A DNA stretch of 63,720 nucleotides, the filler included, from Octopus bimaculoides (lineage: Eukaryota), in the NCBI RefSeq assembly GCF_001194135.2. It is 3 parts of 3 records of this genome, joined end to end, with 100 filler letters (N's around TTAATTAATTAA, not from the genome) between each part and the next. Parts side by side here need not be neighbours in the genome. Positions count along the whole stretch, not along the records: positions 1 to 27,616 come from NC_068982.1; 2 more parts are not named here. The stretch is one strand, 5' to 3'. Positions 1-10,630 of this stretch are shown in pieces. Both the position numbers and the translations under genes were made by a program. Each line of letters opens with the position of its first letter. Position 1 is the stretch's first letter. The notes under the pieces were generated by a model. The model saw only the letters and a program-made list of their open reading frames with translations. It did no database searches and was not told the DNA's origin.

Positions 1-52
<52 letters not shown>

Positions 53-215
53 TGTGTGTTTGTGTATACTATATGTATACTTACCTACATACATACATAC
101 ATACATAGATACATACATACATGCATACATGCATACATACATACATACATACATGCATACACCCCCCCCCACACGTATGTATGTATGTATGTATGTATGT
201 ATGTATGTATGTAGG
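1..215. repeat. compound microsatellite (TG)n / (TACA)n / (TATG)n
   Basis: Direct reading; explains the VCVC/TYIH/MYVC ORFs. Similar tracts recur throughout the window. Confidence 0.95.
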
Positions 216-372
216 TATGTATGTGATAAGATTTGCACATGCGCAAAATGTGGCGAAAAGCCTTAAGAAAAAAAAACTAATAAACATTGATCTAAGGGAC
301 CTAACACGTGTCAAGTGTAATTCACTTGTTTCCCTTGTATTGTAAATATGGATGTGTGTGTGTGTTGTGCAA

Positions 373-420
<48 letters not shown>

Positions 421-824
421 CCGCGCGCTCATGTGTGCATGTGTGTATCGATTTATACCAAATGTAGTCTTGTTGTCAAATCTATGAAACTCTCTACTCG
501 AAGAATTACGTAGTTGATTATTTTGCAAGATAATCAACCATAAAATTCGATGAGTAGATTATCCTTAACTGTCTCGTAATTTTGTACGTGACATTGCTAA
601 CACTTGGGCCGAATGTATCCGACTATATTTTAACGAATTCTTGTTTTTAGTCAGTTTCATTCATTAATATTTGGGTTAAAATGGAATCAGATAACTGCTC
701 ATTGTACTGCGTGTGGCTGGATCGAATTCAGGACCTAATCATTGTGAAGTGAATTTCCTTCCAATTTAATCTAACCCCATCACACACATCAACTCCCACC
801 ACATCACATCATATCATGGACACT

Positions 825-1671
825 CATCTTTCACTTGTTTCAGTCATTAGGCTGCTGGAGTGAAGAATTTTTAGTCGGATAAATCCACTCCAGTACAATT
901 TTTTTAAAGCCTGATACTTATTAAATCGGTGTCTTTGCCGAACCGCTAAGTTACGGAGACGTAAACACATCAACATGTCAACCGGTAGTGACCGACACAA
1001 ACACTCTTACACATATATATTATACATACATACAAACATACATACATACATAAATGTATGTATGTATGTATGTATGCATGCATATATGTATACATAATCA
1101 AATGAATAATAACAGACGATGGATAATTGCCAGCTCATTACAACTGTTTCTTAAGTATTTTTTAATAGAAGAATGAAAACATTACTTCATTCAGAAAACC
1201 GTAGTCATCCGATGAAAGATAGTTTCACGAACAAAACAATATCCCAAGAATACGGCAGGGACGACAGACTTCAGTCACGTCCCTGTCGGTTTTTTTTGTC
1301 ATGAAGTAATGTTCTTATCTTCTATAGAAAAAAGGTGAAAGAAACAGTTGTAATGAACTGACAATTATTCATCCTCTGTTATTATTCATTTGATTATAAT
1401 TCACCCACGGGATTTACGACTTGTCACACGCCCTGGAATATACCAATAACGTACAATTCAATGTAACATGTGCTTTGGACCAGCCCCTAGGTGCCAAATA
1501 CTCATAGGGATGGTTTTCTCTGTGTACACAACCATAATATCCTATTTGATATTGATCAATCATAGGCCAGAACCACAGGTTTATCCAACGCTACCTGGTG
1601 TATATCATTTCAAGTACTCGATTCCATCTGAATCCTTATTTTACTATATATAAACATACATACATACATAT

Positions 1672-1742
<71 letters not shown>

Positions 1743-1915
1743 TATATACATACGACGGGCCTTTTTCAGTTTTTGTGTTCCAAATCCACTCACTGCGCTC
1801 TAGTCGTCCTTAGGCTGTGATAGAAAACACTTGACTAGGGTACCACGCAGTGGGAAAGAACCCGGTACCATGTGGTTGCGAAACAAGCTTTTTACCACAC
1901 TGCCACGCCAGCCCA
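825..1915 (-). mobile_element. long tRNA-derived SINE (family A), split into a 3' half (825-1010) and a 5' half (1745-1915) by later insertions
   Basis: Both halves match the better copies at 21520-21968 and 41788-42175 (gccgaaccgctaagttacgg..gacgtaaacac; ccacgcagtggga..aacccgg.accatgtggtt). Confidence 0.75.
1094..1397. mobile_element. MITE-like fold-back element with ~110-bp imperfect terminal inverted repeats
   Basis: ataatcaaatgaataataacagacgatggataattgccagctcattacaactgtttct is mirrored by agaaacagttgtaatgaactgacaattattcatcctctgttattattcatttgattat. Confidence 0.75.
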
Positions 1916-2375
1916 TACACACGCATTTTATAAAACGCTCTCAGTGATTAAATGCTCCGCTCACACCAGACTCTCAGTTTATAAATAATAGTTTAAAGCT
2001 TCCTTTCACCGAATTGTGTTGCATAAACCTCTCAGTCTTATGCTTTGCAATATAAATATATAAATAAATAAATGAATAAATAAAAAATGATGATTTTACG
2101 CAACAGCTTATAATACAGGTATTTTTATAGAACTGTATCCAGCATGTGTCTCTTTTTAGACATTAGCGTGGAAATACTTGAGATGTTATACAAAATTTAT
2201 ATTTAAATCAATATTATTAGGACTGGTAAAAAATAGAAATTAGTACAATGAACAACAGTATAATTGAAATTATATAAAGATTCTTTTGACGAATAATACA
2301 CATATATCTATAACAACATGTATATACAAAAAATAATGTATAATATATTCAAGAAACCATATTTCAGGAACAATA

Positions 2376-2570
2376 TATTCTTTTCTACGCTAGACACAAG
2401 GCCCGAAATTTTGGGGGAGGGGGCCGGACGATTAGATCGACCCCAGTACGCAACTGGTACTTAATTTATCGACCCTGAAAGGATGAAAGTCAAAATCGAC
2501 CTCGGTGGAATTTGAATTCTGAACGTAAAGACAGACGAAATACCGCTAAGCATTTCACCCGGCGTGCTAA
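2376..2570 (-). mobile_element. tRNA-derived CORE-like SINE (family B, OR-type), aaatttcgggccttgtg tail; head runs into gap
   Basis: B-box-like ttcaaattcc and the core tcatcctttc.gggtcgataaattaagtaccag on the minus strand; matches other copies in the window. Confidence 0.85.
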
Positions 2571-2580
2571 NNNNNNNNNN

Positions 2581-4130
2581 GCGAGCTTATCCCAAACGGG
2601 CAAGGCACCTCTGTAACATTGCCAGGTTAAGGACTTTTGGAAGTTGTCCAATGTTCTCAACCCGAATGTACAGTAAAACAGACTGTCCAGTTGAATAAAC
2701 CCGAGACCTAAAGTCGCCCCCAGGCCATCGTCGCATTCAGACTCTACCAACCCACTACATAATATCTGTGTGGAACCCCCACCGCTGGCGTTGCACGGGC
2801 GCCGGAATAGTAAAAGGACCTTACGGCACTCTTTATGCCATACACTCGATCTCGTTCTACGAGAACACCAAGCTTCCTGTTCGCAAAAACTTTTGAACTC
2901 GGGTCGAACATTTGTCTGGCTAGCAGAGACCACACCCGTTCACTATCCAGGAGAATCCAGAGGTGCCTCAACCTCAACGCATGCCTGCGCATCATTAACC
3001 AAGGCATCTCTAAACCTCCCTTTAAAGACTTTTGACAGCAGACAGCGTTTCACAAGTGGCGACCTGCCCTTCCACAAACAACGAAGGAGCTGTCTCTCNN
3101 NNNNNNNNNNNNNNNNNNNNNNNNNNNNNNNNNNNNNNNNNNNNNNNNNNNNNNNNNNNNNNNNNNNNNNNNNNNNNNNNNNNNNNNNNNNNNNNNNNNN
3201 NNNNNNNNNNNNNNNNNNNNNNNNNNNNNNNNNNNNNNNNNNNNNNNNNNNNNNNNNNNNNNNNNNNNNNNNNNNNNNNNNNNNNNNNNNNNNNNNNNNN
3301 NNNNNNNNNNNNNNNNNNNNNNNNNNNNNNNNNNNNNNNNNNNNNNNNNNNNNNNNNNNNNNNNNNNNNNNNNNNNNNNNNNNNNNNNNNNNNNNNNNNN
3401 NNNNNNNNNNNNNNNNNNNNNNNNNNNNNNNNNNNNNNNNNNNNNNNNNNNNNNNNNNNNNNNNNNNNNNNNNNNNNNNNNNNNNNNNNNNNNNNNNNNN
3501 NNNNNNNNNNNNNNNNNNNNNNNNNNNNNNNNNNNNNNNNNNNNNNNNNNNNNNNNNNNNNNNNNNNNNNNNNNNNNNNNNNNTGATCGATGCGATAAAC
3601 ACATTGGCAAACCTCCACCCTCTCTTTCAAGGATAGCGACCGCCAAGACCAGGCCTTGACTACTGCAGCCACCCTGCTCAATACCTCCGTCCGTCCAGTT
3701 CTCTATCTGGATGCCTGGTCCGAACCAAACTCCCAGCAACTTAACCGGTCCCTCCGTCCTGCACCAACAACGCTGTCTGAAGGCATCGACTTGCTAACTC
3801 AGGTGCCGAACTGCAAGCCGACCGACTTTTCCCGGTTAATCTTTGCTCCTGTCACCTCCTCGTAAGTCTCAATAGTCTTACCCACTTCATATAGGCGTGC
3901 TACTGAGGTTACGCTGATAGTGATATCATCCGCGTAAGCCGTAACAAACCCCTCTAGACCTGGTTCTCTCGGGATGCTACTTAACCTTCGCAGTAGGGGC
4001 TCGAGAGCCACCACATACAAAAGTGGTGAGAGCGGACATCCTTGACGAAACGACCGTTTGATGCAGACCGGCTTCGAAAGGAAACCACTCACTCGAACTA
4101 TCGAGTCAATGTTGTGGCACGACGCACTAA
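2581..4130 (-). mobile_element. decayed L1/Tx1-clade non-LTR retrotransposon (RT and C-terminal region)
   Basis: Minus-strand translation RSFRQGCPLSPLLYVVALEPL, AYADDIT, TGAKINREKS, then VAAVVKAWSWRSLSLK and WQCYRGALPV; frameshifted and split by a gap. Confidence 0.9.
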
Positions 4131-4132
4131 TG

Positions 4133-4370
4133 TTTCTTATTTCTTTATTGCGCACAAGGGGCTAAACATAGAGGGGACAAACAAGGACAGACAAAGGGGA
4201 TTAAGTCGTTTACACCGACCGCCAGTGCGTAACTGGTACTTATTTAATCAACCTCGAAAGGATGAAAGGCTAAGTCGACTTCGGCTGAATTTGAACTCAG
4301 AACGTAGCGGCAGACGAAATATCGCTAAGCATTTTGCCCGGCGTGCTAACGTTTCTGTCAGCTCACCGCC
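4133..4370 (-). mobile_element. full-length family B (OR-type) SINE, tgtctgtccttgtttgtcccc tail
   Basis: ggcggtgagctgacagaaacgttagcacgccggg head with A/B-box-like motifs, core, and aataaagaaataagaa tail. Confidence 0.9.
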
Positions 4371-6539
4371 TCTCGGGAACAATATATTGTAACTAAAAAG
4401 TAATATACTGTAATTGAAAATCAACGTTGGCCTTGCGCATGATGAAATTTTACTAATTTTAAAATATCGGGTTCAATATCTGACAGAGCCTCAATTTCCC
4501 CCCTTCTTCTCCGTCGTTTAGCTAATAGTTGTGTTAATATGCTGAATCCTTTGCTAAGCGAATATAAAGAAATACTAACAACAGAAGGAAATGCTAACAA
4601 CACCAAATTACTTCCTATCAAAGACGGATTTCATTATATCACTGATAATACTTTGTCCTTCGCCTTATCTAATCCCGACTAAAATTCTTTTGAAAATTAT
4701 TGCATTCGGATTTAAATAATTCCTAAAGAAAATGACAACCACTTAACTACAAAAGCGTCCGCTGACTTATGCCACTTAAGAATACGCTACTCCCTCAGTT
4801 GAGAGACATTGATTTAGATGAATTAAGGTATGTTATGAAAAATATATGTACACACAGATCTTAGAAGTAAACTGATCAGTTCTGAAGAAATGAGGAAAGC
4901 AAGTTTTTAAATGTATAAATATGTTTGTAAATAATCTCGCCAAGGAATTAAGGTTGTAGTGAATTATTGTCACCAATTAATTTACATTGTAATAAAACTT
5001 ATTTGTTTTCTTCTCTAGAATATACACGTAACATAAGATGGCGACATATAATTGGACCTGACAATGTTATGATGCATAAATTTAGGTTGGGGGCATCTCG
5101 ATCATGAAGTATTATGCATAAAACTCCTCGGATGAAACTATTTAAAACCCATTTCTTCTTTGGTGTACATGAGAGGATATTAAAGGGCACCACGTAGCTT
5201 ATGTTCCTCTTTAACTCTTTGAAGTTCGTCGTTTCTACTCTTCATGACAATATTGGTCTCGTCATGATTTTGTCCAGAAACAATCACGAATGCTTCATTG
5301 TCTTCTGAATAATTAAATTTTCGCAGACGCTCTCAATATGAATCATCAATTTGAATTTCAATGGCAGAGTTGTTTCAAGCATTAATTTTAAAATTCTTTT
5401 ACATAACTAAACATGAGTACCAAATTGTAATATGTATAGCAACTAAACATGGATATATTGTAAGAACGCCTTCTCAAAGACGAATGCCGCAATATTATGG
5501 CGTTCTTACAGCATATCCACGTTAAGTAGAATATATCGATGCTATTAGCCGTTTCTAGAATGCAGTTTCATATTGGGAAGACGAAGCAAACAAACAATTT
5601 GGTGTTAAGTTGTGATTGCTGAATTCCTAAGGGCACTTGGTGTTGTGGCAGTATTCTTAATTGGACTTTTTCATGTTAGGACCACTTTCTAGCTGTATCC
5701 TTTTCCACCGTTTTCCATCACACTTAACTCTGATATGGAATCAACAGGATCATTCTTACAAATTCAAGATCATTCGTTGAATAATAGTTTAAAGCTCTGT
5801 TATGCCATTGCTTTGAGGCTATTAACATTATTCATCGGTGAGTATGCCTTATCTAGTCTATTTAAAAGCACAGTTGCTATGGAAGTTCAGAATTTTGTAG
5901 CTGGAAGTTCACTTACAGCATTCGATTTTCTTCAAACCGTTGTTGTTATGTCTTGGGCTAACATTCGACTGCGTTATATTGGTGTAAGTTTTAAAAAGTT
6001 CAACTATTAATTGTCATACTAAAATAAGTTAATTTTTGAATATGTTTGATTTTGTATTGTTCCCGAATATCGCAATCCTAGTGAATGAAACAAGGAGATA
6101 ACTGATAATATATTACATAAACTTGAGCTTTCAGAAAAAAACTAACACGCACGAAACATAGAATCCGTAAACGGAACAGTAAGAATATGCATGACTTTTC
6201 TCAAGTTCAAAATGTGACATTGTTTTTGTTATCTACATTCCAATGATGGAGTTTTGTGTCTTTGTTAAAAACCATCTCCTTCTGCTGAGGAAGAATCTAA
6301 ATAATTAAAAGCAGAAAAGAACATACATACATCTACGTGCATACCTATATCGCCCGATGAAAGATATAGTTCTCAAAAGAGAACATCCTTTTGTGGTAAA
6401 ATTACTTCGCGATTGACCGTATACATTTTCTATATGCAGTGCATCAGTGGTTGCCTCTTTACTTCTGCTATTTGGTTCAATAGACTTCAGTCATACTTAT
6501 ATTACTGGTACTGGTCTTATCATTTGTGATAATTCACTG

Positions 6540-7260
6540 GTCTACCGTGGAAATCCACTTCAATCATATTAAACTACTCAAGATTTTCACATCAGTCGGA
6601 AGCAAAATATATTGACAGAATATCTGGGATGAAAAGATCAGTGAGTGGCGAAAGATCAGCCCAGCTGAAACCGCTGTTATTAGCTGTAGAGCCTAACATA
6701 TAAATAAGTTTTTTAAAAAATATATATAGAAGAGAGAATAGTGGATTTAGTACCCAAAAAAAATTAAAGCACTGTTTTCTTTGGATATTTGCTTTTTGAA
6801 ATTTACAATATCAGTTTCAAAGGTGAGTTTGGCAGGCCAGGCCCTTGTCAGCCTTACTATGGTAGCAATTAATTTTGCGAGATGCAGTGATTCCAAAAAC
6901 TATAAGCGGAAAATAGAATCAAACAATTTTTTGTAATCGGAAATATTACAGCCAGCTTTCTCTTGAGTTTTTGATGTTCAGAACAGCATAGTTTTTGTAA
7001 TGAAATGTTGCTAGATAAAACATAACACTACTTTCTATCGGCCTCTCATTAATCACTACCTTGTTGGACTGGAATACAGTTTTGGAGAAAATGACAAATG
7101 CTTAGATAAGCAGTAGCCCTATAATTTTGCACCAAGTCAGTATTGGCTATTGCATTTGTCTATATTATCGTAAGCCAATTTAGTATGTCAATTCGACCTT
7201 CTGCTGCTGTCTTAAATATGCACAAGTTGTTAACGACCTGTCGAACGTTAACATCTTGTA
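6540..7260 (-). mobile_element. highly decayed non-LTR reverse transcriptase relic (probably RLE-type LINE)
   Basis: Minus-strand remnants QNYRATAYLS (NYRPI-like), DYKKLFDSI (DYKKAFDSV-like), ADLSPL (GDSLSPL-like), LLPTDVKI (LFMDDLK-like) in the expected order, with many stops. Confidence 0.5.
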
Positions 7261-7860
7261 GCAGTATCCATCTATTAAGTCTATTCCTGGTTTCTTTTCA
7301 TTATGCATCTCTCTACAGTTTTAAAGTGTTTTGAAGTGGATGGTGTATTCTATTCTGCCATGATGCAGTGTGGTTGAAATATTTCTCTCCCTTACGGGTA
7401 TTAGAACAAAATGATTTAAGATTTCATTGAAAATGTAGTGGGTGCTTTACTGAATTGTTATTTTCCTTTAAACTCTGGTATCACAGGTTATTGGTTCGCG
7501 GGGTAAACTTGTGGTTAATGATGACTCTTTATTATCTTTGCAGCAGCGTAATTTCTCACTGAAAGACTTGAGTTTATACTTAAGTGTTGCTAATTTTCCG
7601 TCAAAAGTGTGGAGATTAGAATCTCAATATGATTAAGGTGTTGCTTAATGTTCGCTGACCTTGTTGTTTCACATTATACCTTATGAATGTATCTAAAGGT
7701 CCGATTTAAGCCGCCTAAGTTATTGTACAGATATATCGACATACTGACGTATATGCATTCACTTATGTATTAGTTTATGTATGTATGTACGTATGTATGT
7801 ATGTATGTATGTATGTATGTATGTATGTATGTATGTATGTATGTATGTATGTATTAGTTT

Positions 7861-7927
7861 AGCCCAAAGCAATATCCACAGATATTGCTTTGTGCTGAGT
7901 GGAGATGCTAAACTCCTCTGTTCGAAT
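7861..7927 (+). repeat. detached 5' fragment of the ~350-bp ribozyme repeat, starting at the cleavage site with a 16-bp fold-back
   Basis: 7877-7927 aligns to post-cleavage sequence of units at 8986 and 9343; 7861-7876 is the reverse complement of 7881-7896 (15/16). Confidence 0.8.
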
Positions 7928-8076
7928 TGTTCTAATCCCCAGTTTTGATAAGTAATATTTCCGCACAAAATGTTTTCCAGTATTTTTTTTGTTTTTTTTT
8001 GTTTTTCAGCTCTTATGCATACAACATTTACATACTATTTTTGAGAACTGAAAGAGTCAGATGTTCTTTAAGAGGA

Positions 8077-8297
8077 AGGCAGAAACGTTAGCACGTCGGG
8101 CGAAATGTATAGCGGTATTTCGTCTGGCGTTACGTTCTGAGTTCAAATTCCGCCGAGGTCGACTTTGCCTTTCCTCCTTTCGGGGTCGATAAATTAAGTA
8201 CCAGTTACGCACTGGGGTCGATGTAATAGACTTAACCCCTTTGTCTGTCCTTGTTTGTCCCCTCTGTATTTAGCCCCTTATGGGCAATAAAGAAGTA
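8077..8297 (+). mobile_element. family B (OR-type) SINE with 18-bp target-site duplication
   Basis: agatgttctttaagagga at 8059-8076 and 8298-8315; gagttcaaattcc B-box-like motif; core and tail intact. Confidence 0.92.
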
Positions 8298-8354
8298 AGA
8301 TGTTCTTTAAGAGGACACTCCTTTGTTTATGATCCTATTTACACCCCATATATA

Positions 8355-8427
8355 TATTCTCTTTTACTCTTTTATACGTTTCAGTCATTTGATTGTGGCC
8401 ATACTGGATCACTGCCTTGTATGTATG

Positions 8428-8458
<31 letters not shown>

Positions 8459-8463
8459 GTATG

Positions 8464-8511
<48 letters not shown>

Positions 8512-8700
8512 TATCTTTTTATTTGGTTCAGTCATCTGACTGCAGCCATGCTGAGGTTTTTTCAGTCGAAGGAATCGATCCCAGGTCTTATTCTTTGTAA
8601 GCCTAATACTTATTCTGTCGGATAGTTTTACCGAAACGTTAGTTTACGCACCTACACACCTACTTCGATTCTCAAGCGGTGGTGGAGGGACAAACACAGG
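8355..8700 (-). mobile_element. family A SINE 3' half with duplicated tail and internal microsatellites
   Basis: tttcagtcatttgattgtggccat and ttcagtcatctgactgcagccatgctg...cttattctttgtaagcctaatacttattc match family A. Confidence 0.75.
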
Positions 8701-8947
8701 CACAGATAGTGTGTCGTATAGCCAGCTAGAGACGATATTTCCTGGGGGTAAATAGCAGTAACATTCGTCCCAACCTGTTGGCAAATAATCTTTAGTTTAG
8801 AGTGCTGTTACTGAATATCTCTCAATGAGAGATTTAGAAATAGTGATGCGTCTATTTATTAGCTCAGTGTCTGTGTGTCACTTTGAAAATTAGATATATA
8901 TTTTAGAACAGGATTTTAGCAGCGCCATCTCTAGCCAAACAGTTATT

Positions 8948-8990
8948 CTGTGCCGAGGAATAGAAATAACCCCAAAACCGCGGTCCACAG
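8948..8990 (+). ncRNA. type I hammerhead ribozyme, mutated copy 1 (core partly deleted)
   Basis: Stem I ctgtg/cacag; core reduced to c-cga-g; aaaac (GAAAC mutated); stem III AC-CGCG-GT; GTC cleavage triplet at 8983-8985. Confidence 0.6.
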
Positions 8991-9302
8991 ACATAGCTTT
9001 GTGCTAAGTGAAGGTGCGAAACTACTCTGTTCGAAAATATAAGGACACAGATAGTGTAGCGTAAAGCCAGATGGAGACGATGTTTCCTGGGGTTAAATAG
9101 CAGTAACATTCGTCCCAACAGGACTGCCACATTATGTTGACAAATAATCTTTACTTTAGAGTACTGTTACTGAATGTCTCTTGTTGAGTGATTTAGAAAT
9201 AATAATGTTTCTATTTATTAGTTCAGTGTCTGTGTGTTATTTTAAAAATTATATATATTTTAGAGCAGAATTTTAGCAGCACCATCTGTAGCCAAGCAGT
9301 TA

Positions 9303-9347
9303 TTCTCTGATGAGGAAGGGAAATAACCCAGAAACAACGGTCCACAG
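9303..9347 (+). ncRNA. type I hammerhead ribozyme, mutated copy 2 (core intact, stem I damaged)
   Basis: CTGATGA 9307-9313, stem II ggg-aaataa-ccc, GAAAC 9331-9335, loop aacg, GTC 9340-9342, then cacag. Confidence 0.7.
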
Positions 9348-9534
9348 ATATTGCTTTATGCTGAGTGAAGATGTTAAACTCCTCTGTTTAAAAATATAAG
9401 GGCATATAATGTGCCGTATAGCCAGCTAGAGACGATGTTTCCTGGGGTTAAATAACAGCAACATTCGTCCCATCCGGGACTGCCACATTATGTTGGCAAA
9501 TAATCGTTACTACATATATATGTGTGTATGTGTT

Positions 9535-9566
<32 letters not shown>

Positions 9567-10238
9567 ACNNNNNNNNNNNNNNNNNNNNNNNNNNNNNNNN
9601 NNNNNNNNNNNNNNNNNNNNNNNNNNNNNNNNNNNNNNNNNNNNNNNNNNNNNNNNNNNNNNNNNNNNNNNNNNNNNNNNNNNNNNNNNNNNNNNNNNNN
9701 NNNNNNNNNNNNNNNNNNNNNNNNNNNNNNNNNNNNNNNNNNNNNNNNNNNNNNNNNNNNNNNNNNNNNNNNNNNNNNNNNNNNNNNNNNNNNNNNNNNN
9801 NNNNNNNNNNNNNNNNNNNNNNNNNNNNNNNNNNNNNNNNNNNNNNNNNNNNNNNNNNNNNNNNNNNNNNNNNNNNNNNNNNNNNNNNNNNNNNNNNNNN
9901 NNNNNNNNNNNNNNNNNNNNNNNNNNNNNNNNNNNNNNNNNNNNNNNNNNNNNNNNNNNNNNNNNNNNNNNNNNNNNNNNNNNNNNNNNNNNNNNNNNNN
10001 NNNNNNNNNNNNNNNNNNNNNNNNNNNNNNNNNNNNNNNNNNNNNNNNNNNNNNNNNNNNNNNNNNNNNNNNNNNNNNNNNNNNNNNNNNNNNNNNNNNN
10101 NNNNNNNNNNNNNAAGGGAGGTAAGTAGTTCTGGATCTGGTGCAATTAGGGTAGATATAGATCAGTAATGTGAATGGTGTATGGGATGTATGGGGGTTAG
10201 TGATATTAATTTAAAGGTTAGTAGTGTTCTGTATTATG

Positions 10239-10630
10239 TTATGTGTTCATATTTAGTTGTGGAAGATATTTATTGATGAAAGTTGCCTCTTTATTAATTC
10301 TTTGTTGTATTGAGGTGTTCTTTGAACATTGATAGAAGGGAAATATTAGGAAATTAGGATTAAGATTCCTCGCACACCTTTCTATGTGTCCACTGACCTG
10401 TATCTGCCTGTATTATGGGTGGCGGATTTGTTCTTTGTGGAGAGTGGTTCTTCGACGGAGTGATATTTATGGTTAAGTTTGGTAAATAACTTATGAATAG
10501 GCACTTTGCATGTACACTTGTTCTATGAGAATCAAGGGTAGTTGGAGTAACCTCTTTAAACAGAGACTTGGAGGAGAAATATCCATCTTCATAATAGAAG
10601 ATTATACGTGGGGTACATATCCTGCAAACT
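10239..10630 (-). mobile_element. Penelope-like element relic, C-terminal half of GIY-YIG endonuclease
   Basis: LRRRTTLHKEQIRHP*YRQIQVSGHIERCARNLNPNFLIFPFYQCSKNTSIQQRINKEATFINKYLPQLNMNT*: the R..H, H..C and E..FI...P.LN pattern of PLE endonucleases. Confidence 0.75.

Larger units (their letters stand above)
8701..9510 (+). repeat. tandem array of ~345-357-bp units (about 2.3 copies), candidate non-LTR retrozyme
   Basis: Units start at 8701, 9046 and 9403 and align along their length; each complete unit contains a hammerhead-like core. Confidence 0.85.

Noticed and set aside
8077-8160. tRNA-like A/B-box sequences as possible tRNA genes
   Set aside because: They are SINE heads followed by core and tail with TSDs; no complete cloverleaf.
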